A stretch of 64,000 nucleotides of DNA from Azolla caroliniana (taxonomy: Eukaryota > Plantae > Polypodiophyta), in assembly GCA_043228905.1 (NCBI GenBank), contig JBHGNT010000011.1:2108001-2172000 (forward strand), given 5' to 3'. Under the pieces are notes generated by a model. It was given only the letters and a program-made list of their open reading frames with translations, was not told where the DNA came from and searched no databases. This document shows positions 1 through 12,492 of this stretch, in pieces; within the stretch, counting starts at the first letter, position 1; the number at the start of each line of letters is the position of its first letter. The position numbers and the translations under genes are program-made.

Positions 1-300
1 CATTCCACAAGAGCCCTTTCATCCCATGAGAGCCCCAAGGACTCCTTGAGCACCCATTCATAGTATGTATGCTAGCTCATTCCATGAGAGCCCCTTGGAT
101 TCTCTGAGTGCCTATTTATAGCACATGCATCAACTCATTTCCTGAGAGCCATTGCATCCATTAGATCCCTGTGAAATCCATGAGCGCCCATTTATTCCAT
201 GAGCGTCTTGATTCCACACCATCCTTACATTACACAAAGGTTTTCCATGAAAGGGGAATTACCCAAGGGCATTTCATGAGAGCAACCCATGAAGGAAGCA
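1..300. repeat. Degenerate short tandem repeats built on CCATGAG(AG)C motifs
   Basis: ccatgagagccc/ccatgagcg/ccatgaa recur many times in 1-300. Confidence 0.4.
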
Positions 301-424
301 CACGAAAGTTCGTCCACTTAAGAAATGCATGAAGGATTTTGAGAACTTCTAAGGTCATTGCATCAGCTTGGTTTAGGTCCCCCATGATCCATCTCGAATA
401 TCACACGCATGCGCAAGTTTACGT

Positions 425-1539
425 TGTCATGAAGATCCTTCACTACGTGTGGATCGTGAGGCGGAACCGCTAGGGTTCTGGACCGGAAGGATTTGAAGTT
501 TGCACAAGCTTTAGTGAGAAAGTATTTAAGATAAATTGAAAGAGAGAGAGAACTTGAGATAAGAAAGAATGCTTGACTTTAGATTGAGAGACATTAAGAT
601 TGAACTCTTGACTTTAGATTTGAAGAACAAGATTGATACATCAATTAGATAACAAATTTCTTACTTTTAATTTCTTGATTAATACCTCGCTTCCTTTTTG
701 TCTTTTTCAACCACTCTTTTATAGATGCCCCATGCATATGATGCATGTGAGGCTACAAGACATGCATACAATGCAGGGAATGCATGTGATGCATGTTTGC
801 CATTTGGCCCTCATGCATTAAATGTGATGCATGATAACCATGTCACTCAATCAAGCTCTAATATGAGAATTTACATGTAAAAGTATAATGATAGAAAAAA
901 ACATTTTTAAGCAAATGATTTAGCTTAGTGGTAAGTCTACTACCTCCTATCTTGGGGGTGCAAGGTTCAAGCCTTGCTTGCATCCCTTTGATTACAAATT
1001 TCTAATTGGTTTAGTCTAGATGATTTTGTTTGTTTCACACTGAAATCGTCGCGATTAACCAATCCGATCGATCCGTTCCGCTTCCGACCCAGTGATCCGG
1101 TCTATCTGGTCCAGTCCCGGTTTGATCGCCGTCGCCGTCCGTCCGTCCGGTCACCCAAAACAATTACAAGTAGTTAAGCGACAGTTTAGCCCAAGAACAT
1201 TCTATGTTCCACTCATAGACAAAAAGTAATAAGTTCTGGCTTTGCTGATATAATGTGGGATCTTGATTTGTCCTATATATGTGGGATATCTCATAGTTTT
1301 GTTTTTCTCTTCTTCTTCTCAAACTTCACATTCGCATAACGTGACATTTATTTGTCCGTTTCAAATGTAGTAAAGTACATTCAGATGCTCTTGAAGACCT
1401 CCATATTCCCGTACCAAGATATTAAGCTAATCTAAAATAGTATCTTTACTATCATTGTTTCATGTCTTGTGTGAAGAACCACACTCGATTTTGGACATTC
1501 CTCGCAATTTTCACACCGTTGCTGAAAATCTTCACGACA
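425..1539 (+). mobile_element. Solo LTR, Ty3/gypsy-type (TGTCATGAAGAT...ATCTTCACGACA), 4-bp TSD ACGT
   Basis: Terminal inverted repeat; ACGT at 421-424 and 1540-1543; empty site tttACGTgacact seen in the sister tandem unit (~1735-1746); 5' part homologous to the LTR 10011-11046 (minus) of a gypsy element. Confidence 0.85.
914..980 (+). promoter_or_regulatory. tRNA-like Pol III type-2 promoter cassette inside LTR
   Basis: A-box TAGCTTAGTGG (921-931); hairpin acctcc-tatctt-gggggt; B-box GGTTCAAGCC (964-973) within stem caagg/ccttg. Confidence 0.6.
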
Positions 1540-1859
1540 ACGTGACACTACAAATGATAGTGTCAAACAAAGACACTACAAACAATAGCATACATGATCA
1601 ACCTATTGTCCTCGAAGCCCACGAAAGTTCGTCCACTTAAGAAATGCATGAAGGATTTTGAGAACTTCTAAGGTCATTGCATCGGCTTGGTTTAGGTCCC
1701 CCATGATCTTGCTCAAATATCATGTGCACACACATTTACGTGACACTACAAATGATAGTGTCAAACAAAGGCACTACATACGATAGCATAAATGATCAAC
1801 CTATTGCCCTCGAAGCCCATGAAGCTACAAGTACTACATGTACTACAATTTGGGAAAAA

Positions 1860-2100
1860 AACCAACTTTGCATGTTAAGAATATGCACTTATGTTGGCGG
1901 AGCAACAACAAGAACTATTCCCTTGGTCAATGTAATGCATTTTCTCAACTATGACCTCAACAGACAATTTCAGTACCAATTATGGGACCTAGAGCAATAG
2001 AAACATATTCAAAGCAATGATGTCATCTTCAATGAAGACATGATGTGCTTGGCCTAGTTATGAACAAAAGTGGCAAAGAGGGTCATCTTTGACAACACCA
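1860..2100 (+). pseudogene. Highly decayed Ty1/copia integrase C-terminal remnant
   Basis: CIFL..(F)LNYDLNRQFQYQLWDLEQ*KHIQSNDVIFNED resembles the copia 'CIFLGY...GYRLWD...SRDVVF.E' segment. Confidence 0.5.
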
Positions 2101-2299
2101 ATGAGTCTAACTCATTCACAATGGACAAAGTTGGTAATTCTTCCCTGAGAACAAAAGGAGACAAATCAATGAGCCTTGAGATTAGTTTGACATAGGTACT
2201 AGGAACCAAAACCATTTGGTCCCTTCATGGGAACCAATTAGCCAAATGTTACCAAGCATAAAGAGCCCCTGATAGATAACTCATGGTTCATTTACTAGA

Positions 2300-2669
2300 A
2301 TGTTACCAAGCATATAGGCGTCAAAGATTGCACTACGCTGAAGGTTCAAGGCGAGCCGGAACGGGCCCAACCTTTGTAATGAAGCACAAAGCCAACTCGA
2401 TGGCGGTGAACACATCAAGGTTGAACAAGGTAAATGGTACGTGGATTCAGGTGCATCGAACCACATGCTGAATCACAAGGGGGGGTGATTCTCAACTCTG
2501 GAGAAGCCAAAGCAGCCATGGGTCAGCTAAACTAGCGATGACACCCCTTGCACCATCGAACACATCGGCGTTGTCCCTCTAAGCCATGTTGGCCAGAGAG
2601 GAATTATGAGAAATGTCTTTTGCATGTGTTGGTCGGAAAAATTGTCGACCAGGGCATGCAAGTTCGATT
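2300..2669 (+). pseudogene. Old copia gag/protease remnant (host of the 2670-29347 nest); continues at 29348
   Basis: GPTFVMKHKANSM, WYVDSGASNHM, KIVDQGMQVRF match the element at 53283-59662; sequence resumes as TACTCACCTTGGGTG (THLG...) after 29352. Confidence 0.75.
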
Positions 2670-2971
2670 TGTGAGGAATAGGGCTTGGCCACAATCGAGT
2701 CTTAATCACTCAATGGAAGAACAAAACAGAAATGGGGATTAATACACTTACACAAACTATAGAGAGGACACATGATGTTTATGTGGAAAACCCTAATAGG
2801 GAAAAAAAACCATGGGAGCCCACAAACTCCAACTTTCATTGTAAGACAAAGGGGGTACAATAGGAGACTTAGAGGCAACAACCTCGAGCTCTACGCCTTC
2901 GCCAACTGGCAGTTACAACAGAAAGAAATTTTGTATCTCACTCTCTCTGTATCTCTATGCATACATATATT
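2670..2971 (-). repeat. 3' LTR of copia element A (partial, interrupted by element D)
   Basis: Similar to 28817-29130 (tgtgaggaatagggct.ggccacaat.gagtcttaatcactcaatggaag...). Confidence 0.8.
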
Positions 2972-5264
2972 TGTTGAGAATCGAACTCAAGTTCCCATAG
3001 AACTAGGATTCACACTAGCTCATGGACATACCAGGCTAGTTTTGTAAATAGTAGAAAGGTATCTTGGCCTAATTTAGTTGGTATTTAAACCAACCCTTTG
3101 TAACCTTGTTAACGTTGGATGTAATATATAGTTATCTCTGTCTTAAGCTCTCTCTTACTCTCTCTCAGTTTTGCCTTACGTACACACAATACATCCACTA
3201 CATCTCAACCAGTCTTGCTCCTCTTTACATGGTATCATAGCGTGTGGTTGCTTAATCATCCTCATTTCTTGTGTGGTGCTACACACCGACGAACAATAGA
3301 ACCTGCTCATCAACAGAGAAAAAACCACCATGAATACTCAGATGGGAAGCACTCTTCTGATGGAGAAGCTCGACAGAATGAACTTTGCATCTTGGGAATA
3401 CAAGATGCATCAATCGAATGTGGGTACTGCGGAAAACTCGGCCATTATGAAGAGGAGTGCCGAAAGAAGAAACACGAGGCATGCCGACATCTTACTAATT
3501 AAGCTTTGAATTCCGACTACGACGACTGTGGCGGAATGTTCATAATGAAACATGAAACGCACTCGACGTCCGCACAGGCTTCAACTAGCGCGTCCACCTC
3601 AAATAATGTATGGTTCGTCGATTCAGGAGTGTCAAATCACATGACGTCTCATGAAGATTGGTTTCGGGAATTACGAAAACCCGAACCTCTCGGATATGTC
3701 GAGACAGGAGATAGCATATCGGGAATGTCCCATTTGGAAACGATGGCAATCAAACCTACCTAAAGAATGTACTGCATGTCCCTACCATCACGAAAAACTT
3801 GGTCTCAATCGGCCATATTGTCGAACAAGGAATGCAAGTACGATTCAACAATGATGGAAGCTTCATCGAAATGGGCGGTCAAGTTGTAGCTCACGGTCGA
3901 CGAGAAGGCCATTTGTTCATCCTTGAATCAAACGAGGTAAAGTCAACCATGTTCGCAAAGGGCCTCAAAGTCGAACCAGACTTAAATTTGTGGTACAAAA
4001 GAATCAGCCACATCAATCTCCAAAAACTTCAGAACATGCAATCGAAAGGAGTCGTAATTGGACTCCCGAACTTTACGATGAAGGAGATTACGGGCATATG
4101 TGAAGCGTGCCAGTTCGGAAAGCAACGTCGACACCCATTCCCAAAAGAGAGGAATGTGAGCAAAGGGATCCTGGATGACGTACATTCAGATGTATGGGGA
4201 CCGGCCTAGACAAGCACACTTAGCGGATGCCGATACTATGTCACTTTCATCGACGACTTCTCCAAGAACACCTGGATTTACCCGATGAGACAGAAGAGCG
4301 AAGTGTTTGGACACTTCCAGAGGTTCAAAGCCGAAGTCGAAAAAGCTACGAGTCGGCATGTACGTTGCCTTCGATCGGATGGAGGCAAAGAATACTTTTC
4401 AGATGAGTTTACGATATCTCTGAAAGGAAGGAATCCGACGAGAATTCTCATGCCATCACACCTCAGCAGAACGGCGTAGCTGAGCATAAAAACCGGCACA
4501 TAGTAGAAGTCGCTCGGGCTATGATGAATGAGAAGAATCTGCTGAAATCGTATTGGGCAGAAGCGGCAAACACGGCCATATATCTCATGAATAGGTGCAC
4601 AACCTCAGGAGTACACACCGTAACTCCTCATGAGAAGTTCTTTGGAAAGAAGCTGGACTTATCAAATGTCCACATTTTCGACGCAATCGCTTACGTGCAT
4701 ATTCCCGATGATACACGACAAAAACTCAACCCGAAGTTGGAGAAATGTATCCTCGTGGGGTACTCGCTCGAACAGAAGGGGTACATATGCTACAATCCAT
4801 CTACCCAAAAAGTTCGAACAAGTAGAGATGTCGTTTTTGACGAGTCAGCATCCTGGTACGCACTAGAGACAACTTCGACTCCAACTCTGATATATGCCGA
4901 AATAGAGGCAGAAGCTGAAGATCAAGTTACGCGCATGTTCGACAAAAGTCCAATTACGACACGACTGAGTGGGCCGTCAGAGCCTCCGAGCGATCAGAGC
5001 ACATCTCGGCCGAGTCCCAAGCTGGACAAAGGGAAGGCGAAAATGCGGGAATACGAAGATCAGTTCGAATTTGAATCGACTCACTCCTTTGATAGTGAGT
5101 TGGAAGGACTTGACATCCGGACAGACGGCTTGAAGAAAGCTTTAGAATCGGTGAACGAAAAGCTATGCCGGTCCACCCGAGAGAAGAACCCCGTAAGCTG
5201 TTAAGGCTATAATGAGTACATGGTGTATCATTACACCTTTATGATGAAGGTAGCAACAATACGG

Positions 5265-6134
5265 TGTCGTGCCTTTCGGCTCCGGATCGTTTGCGTGAGT
5301 CGGGTGGGAACCGCCGAGGTTTTGGACTAGGAGGAGGAAGAATTTGAGGCTAATCTAGTTATGAATATGAATAGATTATAAGAAAGAGATATAGAAACTT
5401 GTGAATCCCACAAGTATAATTGTTTTAGTTTATCTAAATCGTAGTAATAAATTGAAATAATTTAGAATAGATTAGAGTAGATTGAGAAAAGAGATCAAAC
5501 CTTGTGAATCCCACAAGTATTACATTAATCAATATTTATGTAAGAATATGAATTTAGATTGAAAGAGATAGATTATCTTAAACTTCGTGAATCCCACGAG
5601 TATATTTTATTGATTGTTGGTGTTTTAGGAAATATATCCAATTTCCCAAATATTTTTCACACCTATTACATTGTGCTCCCCATCCTTATGTAGTGATGGG
5701 AGAGACTAAGCATAGCTACATGCTTTTTTTTCTAATATGTTCATGCACACTAAATGTGCATGTGATGCTTTTCTAATCCTTGCTTTTATTTGCTAAATAT
5801 AGTGCTCATGCACGCTAGATGTGCATGAGTCACTTTTTAGTCGCTTGCGTTTTTCTATAAAATATTCACGCACTCTAAAAATACATGATTTACCTTTTAA
5901 TAAAGGTAGGCGCAAATAAAGCACTTATAGTTATTAAATCTATTTATAGAACACTAAAGATAAGGTAGCATAATGGTAAAGTTGAGGTTTGGCTACGTGG
6001 AGGTACAGGGTTCAAATCCTGCCCTATGCACGTGATAAATATCTTGATATCTTATTTTATTTATTTATATGTAATTAAATCGGTTATATTATTTTTTTTA
6101 CTTTTTCACGTAGTGTACGAAATACACTACGACA
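5265..6134 (+). mobile_element. Solo LTR (TGTCGT...ACGACA), gypsy-type, 4-bp TSD ACGG
   Basis: ACGG at 5261-5264 and 6135-6138; removal rejoins copia coding sequence (..ATIR/VLET..); shares ggaaccgc..gg.tt.tggac motif with LTRs at 425 and 11046; internal repeat aaacttgtgaatcccacaagtat x3. Confidence 0.85.
5959..6030 (+). promoter_or_regulatory. tRNA-like Pol III promoter cassette inside LTR
   Basis: A-box TAGCATAATGG (5966-5976); B-box GGTTCAAATCC (6009-6019) preceded by gaggtac as in tRNA variable loops. Confidence 0.65.
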
Positions 6135-7922
6135 ACGGGTGCTGGAAACGGTTTCCGAAGCTGTAAAGGATCCGCGATGGGTCAACGCGATGCATGAGGA
6201 AATGGAAGTGTTATGCAAAAACAAGATATGGGATCTCGTTCCTCACCTGCCGAACAAGAAAGCAATTGGTTGCAGATGGATTTACAAGGTGAAGCACAAT
6301 GCCGACGGCTCTGTAAATCGCTTAAAAGCATGTCTTGTTGCAAAAGGATATGCACAAACCCACAACGTAGACTACGAAGAGACCTTTGCCCCGGTGGCAA
6401 AGATGACCACTGTACGGACAGTAATTGCCCTGGTAGCGGCGAAAGGGTGGCACCTCCACCAGATGGATGTAAAAATTGCCTTCCTCCAAGGAGAATTAGA
6501 AGAGGAAGTGTATATGATTCAACCACCCGGATTTGAATCGCATAACTATCCACACGCCGTATGTCGACTGGAGAAACCACTTTACGGCCTCAAACAAGCA
6601 CCGCGTGCGTGGCACTCGAAGATCACGTAGTATCTTCATCAGATTGGATTTCAAATGTCAAAATCTGATACTTCTCTGTACATCCGAAGCGAATCGGATA
6701 GCCCGATTGTCATCATCCTATATGTGGATGAAAGACTTGCACGAGCTCCATTACTTCCTAGGCATTGAAGTAATTCGAACACCAGTTGGAATATGATATC
6801 ACAATGGCACTACGTTCTCAACTTACTCTACAAGTTCGGAATGACGGAGTGCAAACCTGTGTCTACACCTCTCGATCATAATTTCAAGATCGATGCTAAC
6901 TCCGGCACGGCCAATAGCGAGCTGACTCAGTATCGTCAACTGATTGGTAGCTTAATTTATCTAACCATCACGAGACCCGACCTCAACTATTTGGTTGGCT
7001 TGCTTAGTCAATCTATGCAAAATCCACAAAATCTTCATCTGGATTGCGCTCAGCAGATACTTCGGTATATCACCACGACGATGGACTACGACATCATGTA
7101 TAAGTCGAATACGATCATTCGACTCGAAGGGTACACAGACGCAGACTTGGCAAGATACAAAGTAGATAGACGATCCACATCCGGATTCGTCTTCTCTCTT
7201 GGTAGCAGATCGATCTCCTGGAGCAATAAGAAGCAGTCGACAGTCGCACTATCGAGCACGGAAGTCGAATACAGGGGCATGGAAGTCGTTGTATACTGAA
7301 GGAGTTAGGCATACTCATCAAAGATCCAATTCTTCTATACTGCGACAACATCAATAGTATCTACCTAGCGCAGACTAAGCACGTCTAAGTGCACTATCAT
7401 TTCATCTGCGAGCGCGTACAAGCCAAAGATATTGATTTACAACATATCAGTACGCACCTACAGGTAGCTGACATTTTCACGAAACCCCTTGGTATCGACA
7501 AGCTGCAGCAGTTCGCGTCGAACCTTGGCCTATCTCTTCCCAACCAACCAAGCTTGAGGGGGAGTACAAAACAATGAACCGATCAAACCGATCGATTGAT
7601 CAAGGAGTATGCAACCAGAAAGCCGAACAATCGAAGTTCGAAGTGTTCCAAAGACCGGACAGATCCGAAACCATTTTTCGATATTCGGAAATTGTGTTGA
7701 GAATCGAACTCAACTTCCCATAGAAATAGGATTCGCACTAGCTCATGGACATACCAGACTAGTTTTGTAAATAGTTGAAAGGGCTCTTGCCCTAATTTAG
7801 TTGGTATTAAACCAACCCTTTGTAACCTTGTTAACCTTGGATGTAATATATAATTATCTCTGTCTTAAGCTCTCTCTTACTCTCTCTCAGTTTTGCCTTA
7901 CGTACACACAGTACTTCCGCTG

Positions 7923-9974
7923 CATCCGTGTGAACTGAAAAATGCCTTTCCTAGTGCGGAATGCAGTTTTGTGGGCATCTTTAGGATTCATAGGGATCTG
8001 CCAATATCCCGAGGCCAGATCGAGGGAGGTGAAGTACTTTGATTTGCCGAGCTAGTCAAGGATGTCATCGATACGAGGGAGAGGATATCGGTCATGGGTG
8101 GTGACATGGTTTAGTTGTCGGAAGTCGACACAAAAACGGTAAGAGCCATCCCCATTCTTTACCATGTGTGGCTCTGAGATCCACTCGCTCTTGGAAGGTG
8201 TGATAATCCCTTGTTGTAGCATAGTTTTGACGGCGTTGTCGATGCGCTCGTGGTCGAGAGGCGAGCGACGTCGAGGAGCTGTGTGGATGGGGCGGGCGTT
8301 GCCGATAGGAATCGTGTGGTGGATCGGAAAACAGACCGAGGGAGGTTTTGCAGGTGGTGTAGACAATGATGGAAAGTTGGCTAGGAGCCGTCGGATGTCG
8401 TGGATGCGCTCTATCGGTGATACTAGGTACTGTGTTGGTGATGTGGGTGGTATCTCGCGGAATAGTGAAGAGCGCGATCGGAAGGTGATTGGGGAGGATG
8501 AGTTGTTGTGAGGAGAAATCGAGACAGGCTCGACTATGGAGGAACCAATCACAACCTAGGGTGATTGGGAACAACTGGCGCGGGAGGACGTAGAAACGAT
8601 GTTGGATCTAGGCGGAACTGATGGTGAGCATGCACATGACTTGCCTATGTGAGTGGTACACCTGTTGTTGGTCGCCAAAGAGGATTTTAATGGGCGGTGC
8701 GTGGCTCGTGGGAAGTTGTAATTGGGTGACTAAATCTGCGCTGATGGAAGAGATGTTGCTACCGGAGTCGAGGAGAACTTCTTGGGTCGTGTGTTGGAGG
8801 CGGGCGATTGTGGTGCAAATGGGCGAAGTTGATGACGTGGACATGCGGGGTCGGCTCGATCGTGGTATAAACGGGAGAAGTTGATGACATGGAGGTGTGG
8901 ACATGCGGAGGCGGCTCGATCGTGGGAGAAATGGGAGAAGTTGATGACGTGGAGGCGTGGACGTGTGGGGGCGGCTCTCCCTGCGGCACCCCACGCATTA
9001 GTTTTCCGGGAGCTCAGAGAGGGAGGCAACGTCAGCTAATTGGATGTTCTGCTTCTGTTGGTGATTTTGCCACTTTCGGCAGTGACGCCGAATGTGGCCA
9101 TAGTTGTTGTAGTAGAAACATTTGGGGTGTCCTTGGCTATCTCGTTCGGGCAATGCACGCTTGGCGCATAATTGCGTGTTTTGGACGTCGGTGTCCATGG
9201 GAGTGGCGGCTGGCATAGTGTTTGAATGATCGTGACTGAGATTACCTGGTGTGTGCATGTCGTGCGCATCTATAGCTTCGATGCGTTGGGCGGTGAGGAT
9301 GGCTTCGTGTAGTGTCATCTGGCCTTGATCGCGTACACGGCGGCGGAGGTCATGTCGGATACGCGGCCAGAAGAAAAACAACTTCATGTCTTCCGACATG
9401 TTGGCGTCAGCCCGGCGTAGGATCTGCACAAACCGAACCACAAACTGGGTGATGGGTTCGCGTGGCTGTTGGGCAATTGACTCGAGTTGTTGTAGGGCTG
9501 TCTGGCGGGAGTCTTGATGAGAAATTTTTTGAATCATGGCTGCCCGGAATAGATCCCAGTCGTTGCGTGTGTCTTTGGGTTGCTATACGAGCCATGTTGC
9601 TGCGATATTCTCGAGGAGTGTCTTCATTTCCATTACCTTCCGAGGGTGTGGCCACTAGAGGTAACTGGCCACCATTTCGAAATGATCCAGCCAAGAGAGG
9701 ACATCTTTCGATAGTAGGCCGGAGAATGGTTTTGGGCGAACTCGAGGATCCGGGAGATTCTGTTGTGGCTCGGATCATGCTGAAAGAAATGACAACATGG
9801 CTTGGTTAGTATGGTTAACTTGTAAAATAATGTTGGACAGGGCTTGAACCAGTTGGTCGATTGGCGATGTGGCTGATGATCTTGAATTTGTTGTTGGAGG
9901 AATTCCAGATTCATTGAGTTGGCGTTGCCGCCGTTGTTGTCGTGTTGCATCGTGGCGTGTGTTGTTGGGGTCAT
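7923..9974 (-). pseudogene. Gypsy gag-pol fragment
   Basis: ORFs 9633-9974, 8998-9537 (gag), 8608-8994 (protease), 8052-8552 (RT). Confidence 0.85.
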
Positions 9975-9989
9975 GAGTTGGGGTTGCTT

Positions 9990-10007
9990 TGCCCGTCTTC
10001 TCCACCA
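9990..10007 (-). promoter_or_regulatory. Primer-binding site, tRNA-Ala-like
   Basis: TGGTGGAGAAG.. is complementary to the ...CTCCACCA 3' end typical of tRNA-Ala; 3 nt from LTR end. Confidence 0.6.
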
Positions 10008-10574
10008 AGATGTGAAATGCTCTCCTGAATAGCTCCCATTCCATTACGTTCTAAGTTACATTTTATAGACTACTCTTAGCGTGGAGGGTGTTCTCCCGCT
10101 CCAATTAGCTCTTGTAATTATGGGGCTTGGTAGGGGCCTAATTTGGGTGTGGTCCATGTGATCGCCACAATATCCCACATAGACAGGACAAATATGGATC
10201 TCGCCATATATAAGGCAAAGCAAAAGCTATTATCTTGGTGTTTATGTGTGGAGCATAGAGAGTTCAAGGTGACTTGAACTTAGCTAATTGGATGAGTGAG
10301 TGTGGCCTAGCTACTAGTAAAAGTTTATGGCCAACCAAAACCGGCTACAACCGGTGACGGAGCCGATGAGCCGGCAGCAACCGGTGGTGGACTCGGTGGA
10401 CCGGCAAGCAGCGAGGTGACTAGCGACCGGCCGATGACCGGCAAGCGACTCAGGATGCGGACCGAATCGGGCCAAACCAAACGGATGCAAATTGGACGGA
10501 TCACGATGCATGGTGTCTTAAAGATATTTGGTCCAAAAGCCTAATAGTATTTTGTGCATAAAAGAAAAAGATGT

Positions 10575-10640
10575 AAGCAAGACTCGAACTTTGCACCTCC
10601 AAGATAGGAAGCAATAGGCTTACCATTAAGCCAAATCATT
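10575..10640 (-). promoter_or_regulatory. tRNA-like Pol III promoter cassette inside LTR
   Basis: Minus strand TGGCTTAATGG (A-box) ...cttcc-tatctt-ggagg... AGTTCGAGTC (B-box-like); homologous to 914-980. Confidence 0.6.
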
Positions 10641-11974
10641 TCTTTAGGGATTATATTTTTATCATTATAGATTTACATGTAAATTCTCATATTAGAACTT
10701 GATTGAGTGACATGTGATGCATGAGCACCAAATGGCAAACATGCATCACATGCATTCCATGCTTTGTATGCATGTCTTGTACCCTCACATGCATCATATG
10801 CGTGGGAACATCTATAAAAGGGTCGATGAAAAAGATCAAAGGGAGCGATGAAATTCGTTATCCAGTTGATGTATCAATCTTGTTCTTCAAATCTAAAGTC
10901 AAGAGTTCAATCTTATCTCAATCTCTCTCTCTCAATCTATCTTAAATCCTTTCTCGCTAAAGCTAGTGTGTACTTCGAATCCTTCCGGTTCAGAACCCCG
11001 GCGGTTCCGCCTCACGATCCACACATACTAACGGATCTTCACGACAACATAAGTCGCCGTCATCAGTGCCTTAGCCCAAAATGTCTTGGGTAACATCGCA
11101 TGTGCTGGACTCTCTCCATCACGGTCTGGTTCATCCGTTCGACCAACCCATTTAGTTTAGGCGTCTTCGGCACAGTAAATTCGAGCCGGATTCGCTTCGA
11201 TCGGTAGTACTCCTTGAACTGCCCCCGATATTCTCCTCTATTGTCTGCTCGAATCGCCTTCAGCTTCCGGCCGGTTTCTCTTTACACACTCAGGTGGAGC
11301 TACTTGAAGACGGATAACACCTGATCCTTTGTCTTCAGCGATGAGACCCACAACTTTCGACTGTGGTCGTGTATGAACTTCACGAAGTGCTGCGATCTAG
11401 CATGTGACTTCGTGTCCACTTGACACACATCAGTATTCATCAGATCCAATGGTGCATTCTGTCTCATCAGTGGTCTTGACCGGAAGGAAGTTTGTTTTTG
11501 CTTTTCGGGCAAGCAATCGGTGCACTTCTCAAGTTGCACGTCCTTCACCGGAATGAGATTGTCTTCGGCAAGTCTCTTCATCCCTTTTTGACTCATGTGA
11601 CACAATCTCTTGTGCCACAGCTCACCGATATTGTTGGATGCTATGTTCACTTCTTCTCGGCATATCCGGGCATTCATTTAGTGTGTTGACCTTCCGAGCT
11701 CAAGCCACTATTAGGCTCCCTTCGTTGAACTTCATAACTTCGTTCCGGATGCTACCCATATAGCCTTCATCATCTAGCCGACCGACTGATATCAGGTTCA
11801 GTCGAACTTCTGGGATGTGTTAGACATCTTTCAACAGCAACTTGCATCCGGTTGATGTCGTCAACAACACATCTCCTATGCCGACAATTTGGCATGTACC
11901 TTCATTCCCCATCTGGAGACAACCATGATCTCCGGTTGTGTAGGATGAAAAGTATCATGAACACATGACCATTA

Positions 11975-12042
11975 TGGTGTCACCCAGACTTGAACCTCGA
12001 ACCTTGTAATCCGTACTTGAAATACTCAACCATTACGATAGC
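11975..12042 (-). promoter_or_regulatory. tRNA-like cassette inside LTR (antisense to element)
   Basis: Minus strand TATCGTAATGGTTGAG...AAGGTTCGAGGTTCAAGTCTGGGTGACACCA. Confidence 0.5.
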
Positions 12043-12405
12043 TTATTGTTATATGAAACAATAAAAGCTACTTCTTGTATTACATTGGTTATTGTAAAAA
12101 CTCTAGATTATTCTAGAATGTTCTAGAATGTCCTAGAGCATTCTAGGTCTAGAACATTCTAGAACATTCTAGAAATCTCTAAGCTATTCTATAGGAACCT
12201 ATAAATAAGGGCATACATGTATTCTCAAATCAATTCGAATCAACACCACTCTTTAGCTCTCATTACATATCTTGTATCCATTCTCTTTCTTTCTCTATCT
12301 TATACATCCATTCTTCTCTTAGTATTTGGTTCCTTTCTTCTCGTGTTCTCTAATATCCTTCTTCCATCACTCTATCTTTTATCCTTGGTTCTGAGAGTTT
12401 GATTC

Positions 12406-12410
<5 letters not shown>

Positions 12411-12462
<52 letters not shown>
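12411..12462 (+). repeat. (CT)n microsatellite in retroelement leader
   Basis: ~26 CT units directly upstream of gag ATG 12493. Confidence 0.9.
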
Positions 12463-12467
<5 letters not shown>

Positions 12468-12492
12468 CCTCCTTTGCAACCATCCTGAAACC

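Larger units (their letters stand above)
297..1820 (+). repeat. ~198-bp tandem duplication, one unit interrupted by a solo LTR
   Basis: 301-424 matches 1620-1740 (cacgaaagttcgtccacttaagaaatgcatgaagg...), and 1541-1620 matches 1739-1820 (cgtgacactacaaatgatagtgtc...); period 198. Confidence 0.8.
3341..7577 (+). pseudogene. Copia gag-pol of element D (internal gag deletion, stops, frameshifts)
   Basis: ORF fragments 3506-3763, 3799-4209, 4521-5204, 6139-6630 (HQMDVKIAFLQG), 6793-7299, 7389-7577. Confidence 0.9.
2972..7926 (+). mobile_element. Ty1/copia element D (LTRs 2972-3229 and 7695-7926), degenerate
   Basis: Matching LTRs tgttgagaatcgaactcaa...; PBS TGGTATCA at 3230; zinc knuckle CGYCGKLGHYEEEC, PR WFVDSG, GAG-pre-integrase, INT, RT, RNase H in copia order. 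Confidence 0.9.
7923..11046 (-). mobile_element. Truncated Ty3/gypsy element (5' LTR 10011-11046, gag, protease, start of RT)
   Basis: LTR TGTCGTGAAGATCC...GCATTTCACA; PBS TGGTGGAGAAGACGGGCA; retrotransposon gag with CCHC-like knuckle, VLLDSGS protease, RT 'YRFCVDFRQLN...YPLPRIDDIL', 'KTAFRTRKGIFQFTRM'. Confidence 0.88.

Noticed and set aside
725-835. RY (CATGCA) motif array as B3 transcription-factor sites
   Set aside because: CATG/TGCA runs are the expected product of CpG deamination of CG-rich LTR sequence; no independent support.
914-980. Functional tRNA genes at the five tRNA-like cassettes
   Set aside because: Acceptor stems do not pair and anticodon loops are 5-6 nt; kept only as tRNA-derived promoter-like elements.
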